Virus record (IMG/VR): IMGVR_UViG_3300034220_000009
Span: 1 to 49,368 of that record
Length of the DNA stretch: 49,368 nucleotides
Source of the DNA: a virus
Direction: 5' to 3' (one strand)
Position numbers and translations under genes: made by a program
Notes under the pieces: generated by a model
What the model was told of the DNA's origin: nothing
Databases searched by the model: none
The model's input: the letters and a program-made list of their open reading frames with translations, nothing else
Part shown: positions 9,244 to 19,197 of the stretch, piece after piece
Layout: the number at the start of each line of letters is the position of its first letter
How positions within the stretch are numbered: position 1 is the first letter of the stretch

Positions 9244-9678
9244 TCACCTTATCGCAATCGTATATTGGTGATTCTTGCCGTCAGCGTCAGTGCATTGCCA
9301 GCCGATAAAGTAGCGGTTGATGTAACTGATCGTTTCGCCGGTCGCCATGTTCGTTTCGCGACGGGCCTCACGGAAGAAGATCAGACGAAGTTTGTAGTCG
9401 CGCGGGTTGAATAATTGAGGATGCACGTCGAACGGACGCCCATTGATCGCGAATGCGCCGCTCTCCATATCGACACTGTATACGTCTTGCGGCTCGGCCT
9501 GTTCGACAAGATGGAAGCGCTTCAGGCGGTGGTGTTCAACGTCACCGAACGCGGACTTGTTATGATCGGTGGTAGCGTCGTAGTCCTTGGAGCGATCGTC
9601 GGCCGGTTGCTCAAACATACTGCCGTCGTGGTATTCAGCTACGAAGAGGTACTTCAAGGGCGCGTCTATTGTTGACAT
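9244..9678 (-). CDS. Hypothetical structural-module protein (144 aa)
   Basis: Start ATG 9678 is preceded by GAAGGAGA 7 nt upstream. The longer ATG at 9810 would overlap the upstream gene by 89 nt and adds a basic low-complexity leader. Confidence 0.6.
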   Translation of the reverse strand: MSTIDAPLKYLFVAEYHDGSMFEQPADDRSKDYDATTDHNKSAFGDVEHHRLKRFHLVEQAEPQDVYSVDMESGAFAINGRPFDVHPQLFNPRDYKLRLIFFREARRETNMATGETISYINRYFIGWQCTDADGKNHQYTIAIR

Positions 9679-9721
9679 GGTATTGTCTCCTTCTGGCATT
9701 GTATTGCCGATATATTGTGAA

Positions 9722-9997
9722 TTACAGACTGTCGATGAGCTTGTGGGATTTGTCGATCGCTGCCTGTTCGGCTTCGACTTCTTCCGGATCACGAGCAACA
9801 ATGCCTTCATTGGCTTTGTTGTGCTTCGCGATCAGAGTGTCGAGCTGCTTTCGATCAAGGCCAGCAGGGAACTTCAGGAACTCGTTCTTGTCGACTGTAT
9901 TGGTCGCCAGAATCTCGCCATTCGGATCAACTTCGACGTGCCATGCGGTCTTCTTGCCTTGAGTAACGCTGTAGAGCTGGATAGTTTTTTCTGCCAT
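9722..9997 (-). CDS. Hypothetical structural-module protein (91 aa)
   Basis: ORF tightly packed after the 175-aa gene. No recognisable motif. Confidence 0.55.
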   Translation of the reverse strand: MAEKTIQLYSVTQGKKTAWHVEVDPNGEILATNTVDKNEFLKFPAGLDRKQLDTLIAKHNKANEGIVARDPEEVEAEQAAIDKSHKLIDSL

Positions 9998-9998
9998 A

Positions 9999-10526
9999 TT
10001 AGTTCTCGTTGTACTGTAGGGTTAAGGTTACTGTAGCGGTATCGCCAGCGGCGGCGGAAACGGTCGTCTGGAGCTGTGTGGCAAGGTATTGGGTGAATCC
10101 GGCGGCAGAGAGGGTGGTCGTCGGAGATGCGGCTTCTGGGCCGGTAGTGTGGAACAAGACAGCTGCGCCGGAACCGATCGCAATGACACTGGTCATGTTA
10201 GTGGTCAGCGCGGCGTTGGTAGTCGCTGATGGAGCGGCATAAGTGCTAGTGACAACACCCTTCAGGGTCAGGCCCGTGCCGAGAACGCCGGCGGTGTGCG
10301 CCCACAGACCTGCGCTAATCTGGTTGAACGTGCCAGTGAATTTGCCGAACTGATACTTGGTGAATGAGTTGTTGCCGTAAGTGATGGGGCTAGCGGTATA
10401 GGCGGTGGCTACGTCGTCGACGTTCTTCCAGTTGACCTGAGTGACGGCGGTGTTTCGAGTCGTGCCTTTGGATGGAGAACCGGTTGCTGCACCGTTGTCT
10501 TCGTTGTATTCAAATGTTGCTGCCAT
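9999..10526 (-). CDS. Hypothetical virion protein (175 aa), Ala/Thr/Gly-rich
   Basis: ORF downstream of the capsid gene. The composition is typical of a beta-sandwich structural protein. Function unknown. Confidence 0.6.
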   Translation of the reverse strand: MAATFEYNEDNGAATGSPSKGTTRNTAVTQVNWKNVDDVATAYTASPITYGNNSFTKYQFGKFTGTFNQISAGLWAHTAGVLGTGLTLKGVVTSTYAAPSATTNAALTTNMTSVIAIGSGAAVLFHTTGPEAASPTTTLSAAGFTQYLATQLQTTVSAAAGDTATVTLTLQYNEN

Positions 10527-10542
10527 AAATGCTCTTTCTGAT

Positions 10543-10887
10543 TTAAGTATCTATCATATCGTCATCTTGGTCAACGATATTCCGGTTTGTTTCCATAGTG
10601 TATTTCTTGTCGCCGTCAAAGTTCTCGCCATAGGTAATCTCTTCGTCGTCGTCTTGGGCGGTGGTCTTGATGTTTTGGTAGACGCCATCGGCGCGCGGTT
10701 TGAGATGGATATAGTTAAAAAACTCCGGGGCAGGAGGTATCTCGGTATTATCAGCGACCACCAAATAGTCCTCACCATCGACGCCGTAAGCGGTTGCCAG
10801 CTCTTCAGCGGTGAACGTCGCGACCTGACCATCGCGAAGCGTAACGGATCCGGGGTACACGGCGTATTGGATAGCAGGCAATGTCAT
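10543..10887 (-). CDS. Hypothetical acidic protein (114 aa)
   Basis: First ORF after the post-capsid terminator. An overlapping 92-aa alternative frame looks off-frame (Arg/Pro/Ser-rich). Confidence 0.6.
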   Translation of the reverse strand: MTLPAIQYAVYPGSVTLRDGQVATFTAEELATAYGVDGEDYLVVADNTEIPPAPEFFNYIHLKPRADGVYQNIKTTAQDDDEEITYGENFDGDKKYTMETNRNIVDQDDDMIDT

Positions 10888-10899
10888 ACCACTAGTATA

Positions 10900-10927
10900 A
10901 ACGAAAAATAGGGGCCGAAGCCCCTAT
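10900..10927 (-). terminator. Rho-independent terminator/attenuator directly after the major capsid gene
   Basis: The minus strand reads ATAGGGGC-TTCG-GCCCCTAT followed by TTTTCGTTT. The stem lies at 10908..10915 / 10920..10927. Confidence 0.8.
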
Positions 10928-10946
10928 CTTTACGAGAGACGGTAGA

Positions 10947-11864
10947 CTAGCTACCGTCACCAACGCTACCGTACACGCCCATCCAATCGGAGAATCCGAC
11001 GGAGAAGCGGCAAACAGCCTTCCACTTAGCGGCTTCGTTATCGAAGTCGAAAGTAGGCCCCTTGACTCCCTCATCCTTGCGTTTGAAGAAGTTAAGTTCG
11101 TGTGCCTTGGAGTCGATGACAAACCAAGCGGTCGAGCTGGTCAGGTACGGCCAGACAACGAGGTTCAGTGCGCCCTTGACGGCGTTGATGTCGTTGTTGG
11201 CGCTACCGACAACCTGCGTCGATTCAAGAATCACCCGGGCGGTAAACTCAAGAGCCGGTGGGATCAGCAGCGTATCGGGAGTGAACGTGATGATCTGGTT
11301 CTTAGAGTCACGCCGCGTCTTCATAGCTGTGATGACAGCCTGTAATGAAGTCGAGGACAGTGCCGTGGTGATCTTGTTACTCTGCGTGACGTTGCCATCA
11401 CGGTTGAGGTGAGCCGTTGAGAACAGGGCTTGTGCGTCGCCACCGGTAAAGGGAGCGTTACCGCCACCACCAGCAGTGAAGCCGTAGTTGAACACGTCAG
11501 CAGCAGCCCGCTCGTAAGTCAGGTTCTTGGCGTTAGCCAGTGACTTAGGCAAGCGCTGAATCATGTTGAACTTCTCATCGTCGATCATTTCCTGCGATAC
11601 CATCCGGCCCTTGGCGAACTTACGGTGAACGTAAGTCGTTTCCCAGCCGGGGCTAGCATCTTCGTAAGGGATCGCGCCGAGTTCGGAGACTTCCTCAAGC
11701 TGCCCGATACCACTAACAGCGGTGTCTTTTTCAAACGCCTTGTTAGAGTTCAGGACGTGGAAGATCCGACTATACATCGGCTGCCAAGCTTCGTCAGTCT
11801 CATGGAAAATTGCGCGGAAGGTAGGGTCTAGCGCCGCTACCCACTTTGGTCGTGTTTCAGCCAT
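10947..11864 (-). CDS. Major capsid protein (305 aa, HK97-fold type inferred)
   Basis: The size and the position after the scaffold gene fit. It is followed by a strong terminator. The sequence pattern is typical of HK97-like or Mu gpT-like coat proteins, judged from memory of the family. Confidence 0.75.
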   Translation of the reverse strand: MAETRPKWVAALDPTFRAIFHETDEAWQPMYSRIFHVLNSNKAFEKDTAVSGIGQLEEVSELGAIPYEDASPGWETTYVHRKFAKGRMVSQEMIDDEKFNMIQRLPKSLANAKNLTYERAAADVFNYGFTAGGGGNAPFTGGDAQALFSTAHLNRDGNVTQSNKITTALSSTSLQAVITAMKTRRDSKNQIITFTPDTLLIPPALEFTARVILESTQVVGSANNDINAVKGALNLVVWPYLTSSTAWFVIDSKAHELNFFKRKDEGVKGPTFDFDNEAAKWKAVCRFSVGFSDWMGVYGSVGDGS

Positions 11865-11903
11865 TGCTATTGCTCCAAAAGATTAGTTGTTAGAAGAAGC
11901 GCC

Positions 11904-12404
11904 TTACGGTGCTTCCTGCTGGTTCTCTGCGATGATGTAGATGCCGTAAGTGGCGTCAGTATCGCGGATGCCCGGGTTGTACTCGACACAAAGCAGCTGT
12001 GCGCCAGTCTGTGCGTGAGAACTCGAATCGACCAATTGCGAGCCGGGTGCGCCGATCAGGTCAGCGTAATCGCCGACGTGAGCAGCAGCGAAAGTAGTGG
12101 TATCGTTGTCGTTCTTGACAAGATAGCGCTCTTCCTTGTTGATGTTCACAAGCACCTTCACCGTACCAGCGGAATTGCCGGTAGCAGAGCCGCTCCATGC
12201 GCGGTCGAGGTTCTTGCTGTCACCGCCTACTACCGTACCAAGCAGACGCTTGCCGGCAACAGAGTCAGAAGTGACCCGGCCGTTGGCGTCAAGGTATACG
12301 AACTCGCGATCATATACGACAGAGCCATTGGCAACGGAGTATTCACGAGTGACGTTGTTCGAGTGGCCGTTGATGGCCCCTAGAGGTTGGATGGTTACAG
12401 CCAT
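11904..12404 (-). CDS. Capsid-associated protein (166 aa), possible decoration protein
   Basis: ORF between the scaffold and capsid genes with GGAG upstream. The functional call is positional only. Confidence 0.5.
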   Translation of the reverse strand: MAVTIQPLGAINGHSNNVTREYSVANGSVVYDREFVYLDANGRVTSDSVAGKRLLGTVVGGDSKNLDRAWSGSATGNSAGTVKVLVNINKEERYLVKNDNDTTTFAAAHVGDYADLIGAPGSQLVDSSSHAQTGAQLLCVEYNPGIRDTDATYGIYIIAENQQEAP

Positions 12405-12416
12405 GTCGTTCTCCGA

Positions 12417-13343
12417 TTAGTTTGCGTATTTCTCGATTTTTTCACGAGATACACCCATCGCTGCCCCGAACGATATTGCAGCATCGGACACCGGTTTCTT
12501 GTCGCTAGTCTTTGCGGATTTGCGGCTCGCGGTCGGCCGGGTGGGGGCCGCCAAGTTCTTCAAAGTAGAAGCGGTCTGTTGCTTCTCCGACTTCTCGTCT
12601 ATTCCCAAGTATTTCATGGCTGCACGCATGGCGTCACCGCCACTCATCAGTTTGCCGTTGTTCTCCTTGCGGTAGGCTGCGGCAAACGTGTCCATCCAAT
12701 ACTTTACCCGCTGACCCAACTCTGGATCAGAAGCAATCTCTGGGTGCGATTCCAGAATATCTTTCACTTCAGCTATACTTTTCTCTCTCATCTCCACACG
12801 CAAATGGGTAAGGAATGGGTCTTCGAGAGATTCTGTAGGCTCTGTGCTGCCTCCCGTGGGATCACCGGATTGGCTGGGGTTCTGCAACACCTTATTCAAG
12901 CGTTGCGCCAAGTCCGGATCTGCGGCAGCGGCCGACACGATAGCGTCTACCCGTCGCTGCGTCTGCTGCAACTCATTGTGCAACCGTACGCCTTCGGCGG
13001 AAGATTTGGAATATGCCTGTTCAAGATTTGAAATGTGCGCCGTAGGATTCTCGTCTACGAACTGTTTGAACTTGAAGTCCGTCGACTTCGCTTCCGGCTT
13101 CGGGTCTGACTCGTTTCCATCGTCCTCTTCCTCTTCAGCGTCAGCATCAGATTCCGTAGTGTCTTTTGGATCTTTGTCGTCGCCGTTTTTGTCAGCGTCG
13201 TCATTTTCAGGTGCGTCGTCGTCCTCGTTGGTCGTCAGCGGTGTCGGCGTCGGTTCGTCTTCCACAATTGCGGTTTCTACTGCGTCGCGTATCCGGTTAA
13301 CGTCTTCCAGACTGTCAACTACTCCTGCATCGGGTTCTGCCAT
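12417..13343 (-). CDS. Scaffolding protein (308 aa)
   Basis: Very acidic, low-complexity N-terminal third (DDDAPENDDADKNGDDKD...EEEEDD) and a helical remainder. It lies between the portal and capsid genes. Confidence 0.65.
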   Translation of the reverse strand: MAEPDAGVVDSLEDVNRIRDAVETAIVEDEPTPTPLTTNEDDDAPENDDADKNGDDKDPKDTTESDADAEEEEDDGNESDPKPEAKSTDFKFKQFVDENPTAHISNLEQAYSKSSAEGVRLHNELQQTQRRVDAIVSAAAADPDLAQRLNKVLQNPSQSGDPTGGSTEPTESLEDPFLTHLRVEMREKSIAEVKDILESHPEIASDPELGQRVKYWMDTFAAAYRKENNGKLMSGGDAMRAAMKYLGIDEKSEKQQTASTLKNLAAPTRPTASRKSAKTSDKKPVSDAAISFGAAMGVSREKIEKYAN

Positions 13344-13462
13344 GTAAACATCCTCTCTCCGTGGTTCGCCAGTTTTTATTCAGGCTAGACGTTTTTATTC
13401 GTCACGCGGCGATTAAGCTTTTGCCACCATTCTAACTGGCCGTTAAAATGGTCGCCTTGGGC

Positions 13463-13759
13463 CTAGTCCGCGTCGGGGTCATCGCTATCGGGATCGCCGT
13501 TCGCCTTTACCCAGCCAGACGCTACAGATTCCAGAGTCGTGAACATCTCGTCCGACTCGGCCAACATGCCTTTATAGTACCATAGCTCTTTTTCATCCTG
13601 CGCGAGACGGACTGCGAGCTGACCGATACGCTCCTGCCGGAACATCCGGTACTTCGACTTCAGAAGCTTGAACATGTCCGATTCAACAAACTTAGCGATC
13701 ATCTCTTTTTGGCTATCATTGAAACGTATGACACCGAGCTTCGCTTGTTTCTTCACCAT
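13463..13759 (-). CDS. Hypothetical protein (98 aa)
   Basis: ORF directly after the portal gene with an acidic C-terminus. No motif recognised. Confidence 0.55.
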   Translation of the reverse strand: MVKKQAKLGVIRFNDSQKEMIAKFVESDMFKLLKSKYRMFRQERIGQLAVRLAQDEKELWYYKGMLAESDEMFTTLESVASGWVKANGDPDSDDPDAD

Positions 13760-13787
13760 AGCCCCATCCTACAGGAAAAGTTGTTGA

Positions 13788-15995
13788 TCAGGCAACAGGC
13801 ATCGGGCCGTTGCCGGCAGTGACGTCGCCGCCGGTGACGGGCGCGGCTACTCCGGCAGAAGCGTCAAGCGATGGGCCGCCGGGCTGACCGGGCATAACGC
13901 CTTCGCCGCCTTGCGGCGCGTTCATCTTGGCGACCTGATCCGCGACCGCACCCGTATTCGGGTTCTTCTCGTGTTCGCCCATAACGTGTTGCTGCACGAC
14001 AGCCTTGACCGCTTCCGGCAGTTCTTCGTACAGTGGCGAGTTGATGAAGTCGAGGTGGACTTCGGTGTGGCTTTCAAGTGCGCCGGGGGTAGCTGGCAGC
14101 ATGTAAATTTTGCCATCCGTCGCCATCTTAACAAAGACGCTGTTTTCCAGATCGGCCAGATCACGCATCTCGGTTTCCGTCTTGCCGCTTCCGGGCATCC
14201 AATCGGCAGGGCGCTCGTTCGCCATCGTAGTAATACGCTTGACGGTCTTCTCGCCGTCCATGAAGCGGGCGGTGATCGGATTACCAAGGAAGCCCAGAGC
14301 CATCTCACTGATCCGCTGGAATTTGATAGCCGGCGATTCGACGATGCTGCTAGCTGCGTCGATGATGATATCGTCGTTCCCCTCAAGGTAGCGCGCGAAC
14401 GTCTTATCGAGCAATGTCCGGGTGTCGCCGGCGTATGGCTTGGCGACCAGTTCGCTCGCACCGCCGGAAGCGTTCTTGGTGACTTTGTACTCATAGCCAT
14501 CGATCTTGATGGTCTTGTACACCTGCTTGGTCTTGACCTCGTTCTTCTCGATGATCTGCTCTTCGCGGCCGGCAGGATAGAAGGTCTGAATGTTCGACCA
14601 CTTCTTGCGACCGATGCTCTTGAGTGTCGTCCAGTTCTGAAGTGTGTTGATCAAGTTGATACGCTTTTGTGCGGCTTCGGAGATGATAGCGCTCTCGGTT
14701 GCAGTTGAGCCACCGGCGGTCTGGGCCGGACGATCATCGAGGCCGTGCGCGCGCCGCTCATCAGTGAGCAGAGTGTCGTCCATCCGCATTGAGGACATCG
14801 GCACGTCATTGTAGTTGAGCGGCTGAATAGCCTGTTGGATCGGCAATCCATTGGTGTTCACCCGGATCATACCGTGCGGTCGCGGCGTCAGCTCATCCTC
14901 GTCCATGTCGAAGAGATCGTTGACCAAATACATACCCGCACCGATCATCTTGTTCCGGTCAAGAGCCATGTTCCGGCCTGAGCGGCGTTCTTCAACAAGC
15001 GAGTACATGATCTGTGGGATACCCAGCCCGTAAATCTGACCCGGCAGAGGATAGAACGTCCACTTGTCAATCGGCAGTTCTTTATGGCGCGACGGAAGCG
15101 GTGTCTGCCGGATCAGTACGTTGTTGGCTAATGAATCATAAGAGTCGGTGATGCGGTTGTAGTAGTGTAGGATTTCCACATCGTTGTCTTCCATGTCAGC
15201 GGCCTTTTGGAAGAAGCCCGCGTTGGGAGCGATGTTGACCGCCGGCACGACCTCATCGACATTCATGAAGCCGGACTTCCCTTGGTAGGAAGCTATGAAG
15301 TCTTCGTGCGAGAGGACTTCGCGGTAGATGCAGTCCCGTCCGTATTTTGGATCCTCGACCGAATCATCCGTAAAAACATTCCAGTTATCGACGAAGCGAG
15401 TATACACATCGTCAAAATCAACGATTTCCCTTTCGACATATTCAATCACTCCATTCTTAACGGACTTGATATCCTTCACCTTGCGCGTCTCGTAGCGGTA
15501 TTCTTCGATGGAGTACGCGTCGCCCCGGATAGCGGAGACGTTGCGGCACTTGTACGTCTCGATATCGAAGTCCGTCTTGTCCATAGCGTACTGGAAAGTA
15601 TGATTCTTGAACATCTTCAACGTCTCGTCGCTGGACTCAACACCTTCGATATGCGGCCGTGGCCGGAGTTGGATCGTCTCCTGCATGTGTGTCTGGACGG
15701 CAGAGAAGCCGTCCGGCAGAATGACGTCAGCCTTCCAGTCATCCTTGTCCCGGTCTGGCGACCACATGGAATACATCTTGTCACCCAGATCCCACCGGCG
15801 TTCCGCTTTCGCGCGCAATGGTGAGTCCTTCATCTTCTGATAACGATCCCAGACACGGCGGCGAGCATCCCTCTCCGACTTGTTGGACGGGTGGTATGTG
15901 TAGACGTGGCCTGACCCTTGCGTGGACAGCACCGCGTTCTTGTTCTCTTTCTTGCCTCGGTAGCCGTATATTGCGGGAAGTTTGTCGTGTGCCAT
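13788..15995 (-). CDS. Portal protein (735 aa)
   Basis: Large ORF abutting the terminase stop and upstream of scaffold and capsid. It has a Gly/Pro-rich C-terminal tail. The call rests on synteny and size. Confidence 0.7.
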   Translation of the reverse strand: MAHDKLPAIYGYRGKKENKNAVLSTQGSGHVYTYHPSNKSERDARRRVWDRYQKMKDSPLRAKAERRWDLGDKMYSMWSPDRDKDDWKADVILPDGFSAVQTHMQETIQLRPRPHIEGVESSDETLKMFKNHTFQYAMDKTDFDIETYKCRNVSAIRGDAYSIEEYRYETRKVKDIKSVKNGVIEYVEREIVDFDDVYTRFVDNWNVFTDDSVEDPKYGRDCIYREVLSHEDFIASYQGKSGFMNVDEVVPAVNIAPNAGFFQKAADMEDNDVEILHYYNRITDSYDSLANNVLIRQTPLPSRHKELPIDKWTFYPLPGQIYGLGIPQIMYSLVEERRSGRNMALDRNKMIGAGMYLVNDLFDMDEDELTPRPHGMIRVNTNGLPIQQAIQPLNYNDVPMSSMRMDDTLLTDERRAHGLDDRPAQTAGGSTATESAIISEAAQKRINLINTLQNWTTLKSIGRKKWSNIQTFYPAGREEQIIEKNEVKTKQVYKTIKIDGYEYKVTKNASGGASELVAKPYAGDTRTLLDKTFARYLEGNDDIIIDAASSIVESPAIKFQRISEMALGFLGNPITARFMDGEKTVKRITTMANERPADWMPGSGKTETEMRDLADLENSVFVKMATDGKIYMLPATPGALESHTEVHLDFINSPLYEELPEAVKAVVQQHVMGEHEKNPNTGAVADQVAKMNAPQGGEGVMPGQPGGPSLDASAGVAAPVTGGDVTAGNGPMPVA

Positions 15996-17768
15996 CTAAT
16001 ATCCTGTTATTGCGGAGCGCGGTCTGTTCAGATTGCGCAGGTAGGCTTTCCGCTTCTCGCTCTTCTCTCTTGATAATACAACGCCGCGTGCAGGCTGGGC
16101 AATCTCCAATATGCCAGCCCAGCAGTCCGACACGTCGTCAAACTTGGATTTAGGAAACCGTAGCAGCTCGTTTTCCAGCACGTCGATGTTGGGTGATTCG
16201 CGGACGTGGTACACCCGGTGGCTATCGTAGTATGGCTGCAATCCCATAATACGCTCTTCCTTCTGTGCGCGCTGCCCCCGGATCTCTTTGATCCGCAACA
16301 GCTCACCACGATTCTTCTGTTCTTGGGCGAGGAACCATTGGATCGACTTCTGGGTGGCGATCGTTTCCAACAACCATTGGCGAGGTTTGAACTGAGCGTG
16401 AATATCAAAGACGGCCTTGGCGATCTCAACATAATCGGCCTTCCAGCGTTTGACATAACGGACGTACAGATCACCGCGTGCATCCATGCCGCCGATCATC
16501 ACCACGGCCCAGTCAGACTTTTCACCCTTCCATGACGGATCGATCATCCCATACCAGTTGATCGGCTTGTCGCGGATACTGTCGGCCGTGACGTATTGGA
16601 ACATGCTGCGTTGGAAGTCGGCAGTCTCGTCGTCGACCGGATTGTTCAGGTATTGGCAGCTGAACAGATAGCCGCCCTGTTTCTTACGGAATTTGACCAG
16701 CTCCTTTTTCGACAGACGCTTCTCGTAGAAGATCGCGCCGTCTTCGGATTCGGCAGAACGGGTGATGAAGTTGAAGTCGTCCTGCTCTTCGTCGATGATC
16801 ATCTGGTAGAGGTCGTTGTAGTCCCAGCGTGTGCCGACGATCACCGCCGGGTGCGACGGTTCAAGCAGAGAATACACCAGCTTGTAGTGTTCCTTGACCT
16901 GTTCCAGTTGCTCGGAGGTCTTCGTGTTCTTCTCGGAATGGATATCGTCCATGATCACGAGGTCGTAGTGCATCCCGTTCTTGGTGGTGTCGATGCCGGC
17001 ACAGTCGATGCTCGGTTCCTTGCGCTTGCGGCGGCGGCAGGCCAGCACGATCTGCTCGGTCGACCATGTATCCGTACCCCGTGGGCTTTGGGCGCGCTTC
17101 TTTTCGTTTGGCATGATGCCATGGATGGTGTAGAACACCCGACGAAAGTCGATATTGTCCTCATAGTGGCCCTTGATCTCCGTCAAGAAGGCTTTTGATT
17201 TGGAAAACACCTCTGAATCCAACAGCACCCGGTCATCAGAAAAGTTCAGCAGCCATTGGATTGAGAATCCGATCGTAATAATGGAGGATTTCAGCGAACC
17301 GCGCGGCATCAGGGCAAGCAAGTTGGTCAGATCGACCTGTAGCTTGTCTTTGACGGCGTGCAAGTCGTCGATCCGGGGTTCAAACTGTGCTTCCCACTCC
17401 CAGAACGCCTGCTTCTCCGCTTCGGACGGCATCTGTTGATCCATCGGGATACCGGGAATCTCGTCGATCCCGTAATCTGACGGGAACTCATACTTCAACG
17501 CCTGATCCGGGTTCTGGTAGAAGAGTAACGGACGCAAGGCGCGGCACAATGGGCCATGCACCTTGGGATCCATCACCGCGCCGTAGCCCAGAATCTCTTT
17601 ACACAGGTAGTAAAGGTCGACCTTGGCCCGTTCGGCTACCATCTGATCGCCAACGTATCGTAGTTTCTGAAGGGTGTCTTGGATATCCATCTGCCCCCAG
17701 TGTACCAAAAACCCGCCGGTGGGATGGCGGGTAGTGGTTTGTTGGAAATTCTTTAAGGTGCAGGCCAA
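15996..17768 (-). CDS. terL: Terminase large subunit (590 aa)
   Basis: Walker A-like PRGSLKSS and Walker B-like YDLVIMDDIHSE, with a C-terminal nuclease-type half. It sits immediately upstream of the portal gene. Confidence 0.85.
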   Translation of the reverse strand: MACTLKNFQQTTTRHPTGGFLVHWGQMDIQDTLQKLRYVGDQMVAERAKVDLYYLCKEILGYGAVMDPKVHGPLCRALRPLLFYQNPDQALKYEFPSDYGIDEIPGIPMDQQMPSEAEKQAFWEWEAQFEPRIDDLHAVKDKLQVDLTNLLALMPRGSLKSSIITIGFSIQWLLNFSDDRVLLDSEVFSKSKAFLTEIKGHYEDNIDFRRVFYTIHGIMPNEKKRAQSPRGTDTWSTEQIVLACRRRKRKEPSIDCAGIDTTKNGMHYDLVIMDDIHSEKNTKTSEQLEQVKEHYKLVYSLLEPSHPAVIVGTRWDYNDLYQMIIDEEQDDFNFITRSAESEDGAIFYEKRLSKKELVKFRKKQGGYLFSCQYLNNPVDDETADFQRSMFQYVTADSIRDKPINWYGMIDPSWKGEKSDWAVVMIGGMDARGDLYVRYVKRWKADYVEIAKAVFDIHAQFKPRQWLLETIATQKSIQWFLAQEQKNRGELLRIKEIRGQRAQKEERIMGLQPYYDSHRVYHVRESPNIDVLENELLRFPKSKFDDVSDCWAGILEIAQPARGVVLSREKSEKRKAYLRNLNRPRSAITGY

Positions 17769-17792
17769 CAGCCCTACGATGATTATATCAAG

Positions 17793-18041
17793 CTATTGCT
17801 GCTTGTCGATCGTCGACGGATCGAGGTGATTGGCGAACGGATCGCCGCCATGCTGCTTCACAAGGGCCGTACCAAGACGCATCCGGCAGTCTTCGGCGTG
17901 ACGCTGGGCCAGTGTCAGCTCCGGCCCGGCCTGCGGGTGGCGGGCTGCCGCCAACTCTGAGATCGAATGTATAACATCAGTAAGTGTGCTGCGGATACGC
18001 TCAAGCTCCGCATCAAAGCGCTTCGTATTGTCTGCATCCAT
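17793..18041 (-). CDS. Hypothetical protein (82 aa)
   Basis: ORF just upstream of terL. It is helical and too small, with no HTH seen, to call a small terminase. Confidence 0.5.
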   Translation of the reverse strand: MDADNTKRFDAELERIRSTLTDVIHSISELAAARHPQAGPELTLAQRHAEDCRMRLGTALVKQHGGDPFANHLDPSTIDKQQ

Positions 18042-18070
18042 ATAGTTCTCCTTTATGTAGAGTCAGTATA

Positions 18071-18292
18071 TCACCGCCGTTGGTAGTCGGCGTCCGCGAT
18101 ATGATCGTCAGCGGTCTGAAGCGCGCGGACGGAGATTCCCAAGTGGGATTCTTCTGCCGGTTTAGCGTCAATCGCCAGAGACTTCAGCAGTTCTATCAGA
18201 TCATTCGTGACGGCACGGGCCGTCCGGTAGGCTTCTTTTCGGTTCTGAATATTATGCACAAGAAAATAGTACCACGCCGCCGGATTTGTCAC
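18071..18292 (-). CDS. Hypothetical protein (73 aa)
   Basis: ORF with a 4-nt overlap to the upstream gene. Confidence 0.5.
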   Translation of the reverse strand: MTNPAAWYYFLVHNIQNRKEAYRTARAVTNDLIELLKSLAIDAKPAEESHLGISVRALQTADDHIADADYQRR

Positions 18293-18531
18293 GATAGCTT
18301 ATTCTCGATCCGGCGTGTCGCCGCCATATCCTTCTCAAGATTCTCGTGCATCCGGGTAGCGTCGAGGTTCTGACCACGCACGATGATCAGCGCCAAAAAG
18401 ATCGCCAGTTCAGAGATGAACGACAGATACTCCCGGCCGATGATCGTGTGTGCCAGCGTCCAAACGAAGAAGAGGCCAACGGCCCAAGTTGAGCCGATGA
18501 CCTCCGTCGCGCGGGAGAAGAGGCTGTCCAT
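18289..18531 (-). CDS. Small membrane protein (80 aa)
   Basis: Two hydrophobic segments: VIGSTWAVGLFFVWTLAHTII and FISELAIFLALIIV. Confidence 0.55.
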   Translation of the reverse strand: MDSLFSRATEVIGSTWAVGLFFVWTLAHTIIGREYLSFISELAIFLALIIVRGQNLDATRMHENLEKDMAATRRIENKLS

Positions 18532-18668
18532 TCCCTCAGTTTACACTAGGGCTTCCCATGAGAGCTATCTTCACTTTCGGATAAACCGATGGGCTGACCA
18601 TAAGTCTGTTCTCTATCAGATAGAACGGAAGATCAGGCTGCACAGTCCGCTTGCGGTGGCGTTTCATA

Positions 18669-19052
18669 TCAGCAGCTTTTCATGCAGATCGTCTCTTCGA
18701 CAATCGGTTGGATCGGCTCTGCCGGTTTCTGAGCAGGAGCCGGTTTGGTAGCCGGTGTCGGCGGTTGTGGAGTAGGAGCGGTCACGGGAGCCGGCGCTGG
18801 AACGGGAGCTGGTACTGGCGCGACCTGTGGCGGTGGGGCCGTCGGCTGTACGGGCGGCGTCACTACCGGACAGTCCTTCTTACAATTGGGTTTTCCACAG
18901 TTCTGCTTCGGCTCTTCCTTGCCAGTACATTCCTTTTGTTCAGCCACCGGGGGCGAGGATGGTGATGGAACAGTGGCTTCGACGGCAGCGGTGACGCCGA
19001 ACGCCAGCGTCAGCGCGATCATCAGTACAGAAATCTTGTTGTTAATCTTCAT
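18669..19052 (-). CDS. Secreted proline-rich, cysteine-containing protein (127 aa)
   Basis: N-terminal signal-peptide-like MKINNKISVLMIALTLAFGVTAAVEA, then PxP-rich low complexity with seven Cys (CTGKEEPKQNCGKPNCKKDC...ICMKSC). Confidence 0.65.
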   Translation of the reverse strand: MKINNKISVLMIALTLAFGVTAAVEATVPSPSSPPVAEQKECTGKEEPKQNCGKPNCKKDCPVVTPPVQPTAPPPQVAPVPAPVPAPAPVTAPTPQPPTPATKPAPAQKPAEPIQPIVEETICMKSC

Positions 19053-19067
19053 AGAATCTCCTTTTAT

Positions 19068-19190
19068 TTAATCACTTATGTACATCATAGCCCCGAACAC
19101 GGCCAATCCGATCAGCACGCCGGCAGCCCCGGAGGACTGAAGCGCGGCCAGTACTATCCCGCCGATCAGCATCAGACAGAGGAACATCCA
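19068..19190 (-). CDS. Possible very small membrane protein (40 aa)
   Basis: MFLCLMLIGGIVLAALQSSGAAGVLIGLAVFGAMMYISD. An upstream in-frame GTG at 19211 is also possible. The long 105-aa ATG version overlaps the KGG gene and looks off-frame. Confidence 0.3.
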   Translation of the reverse strand, partial: WMFLCLMLIGGIVLAALQSSGAAGVLIGLAVFGAMMYISD

Positions 19191-19197
19191 CGCGCCA

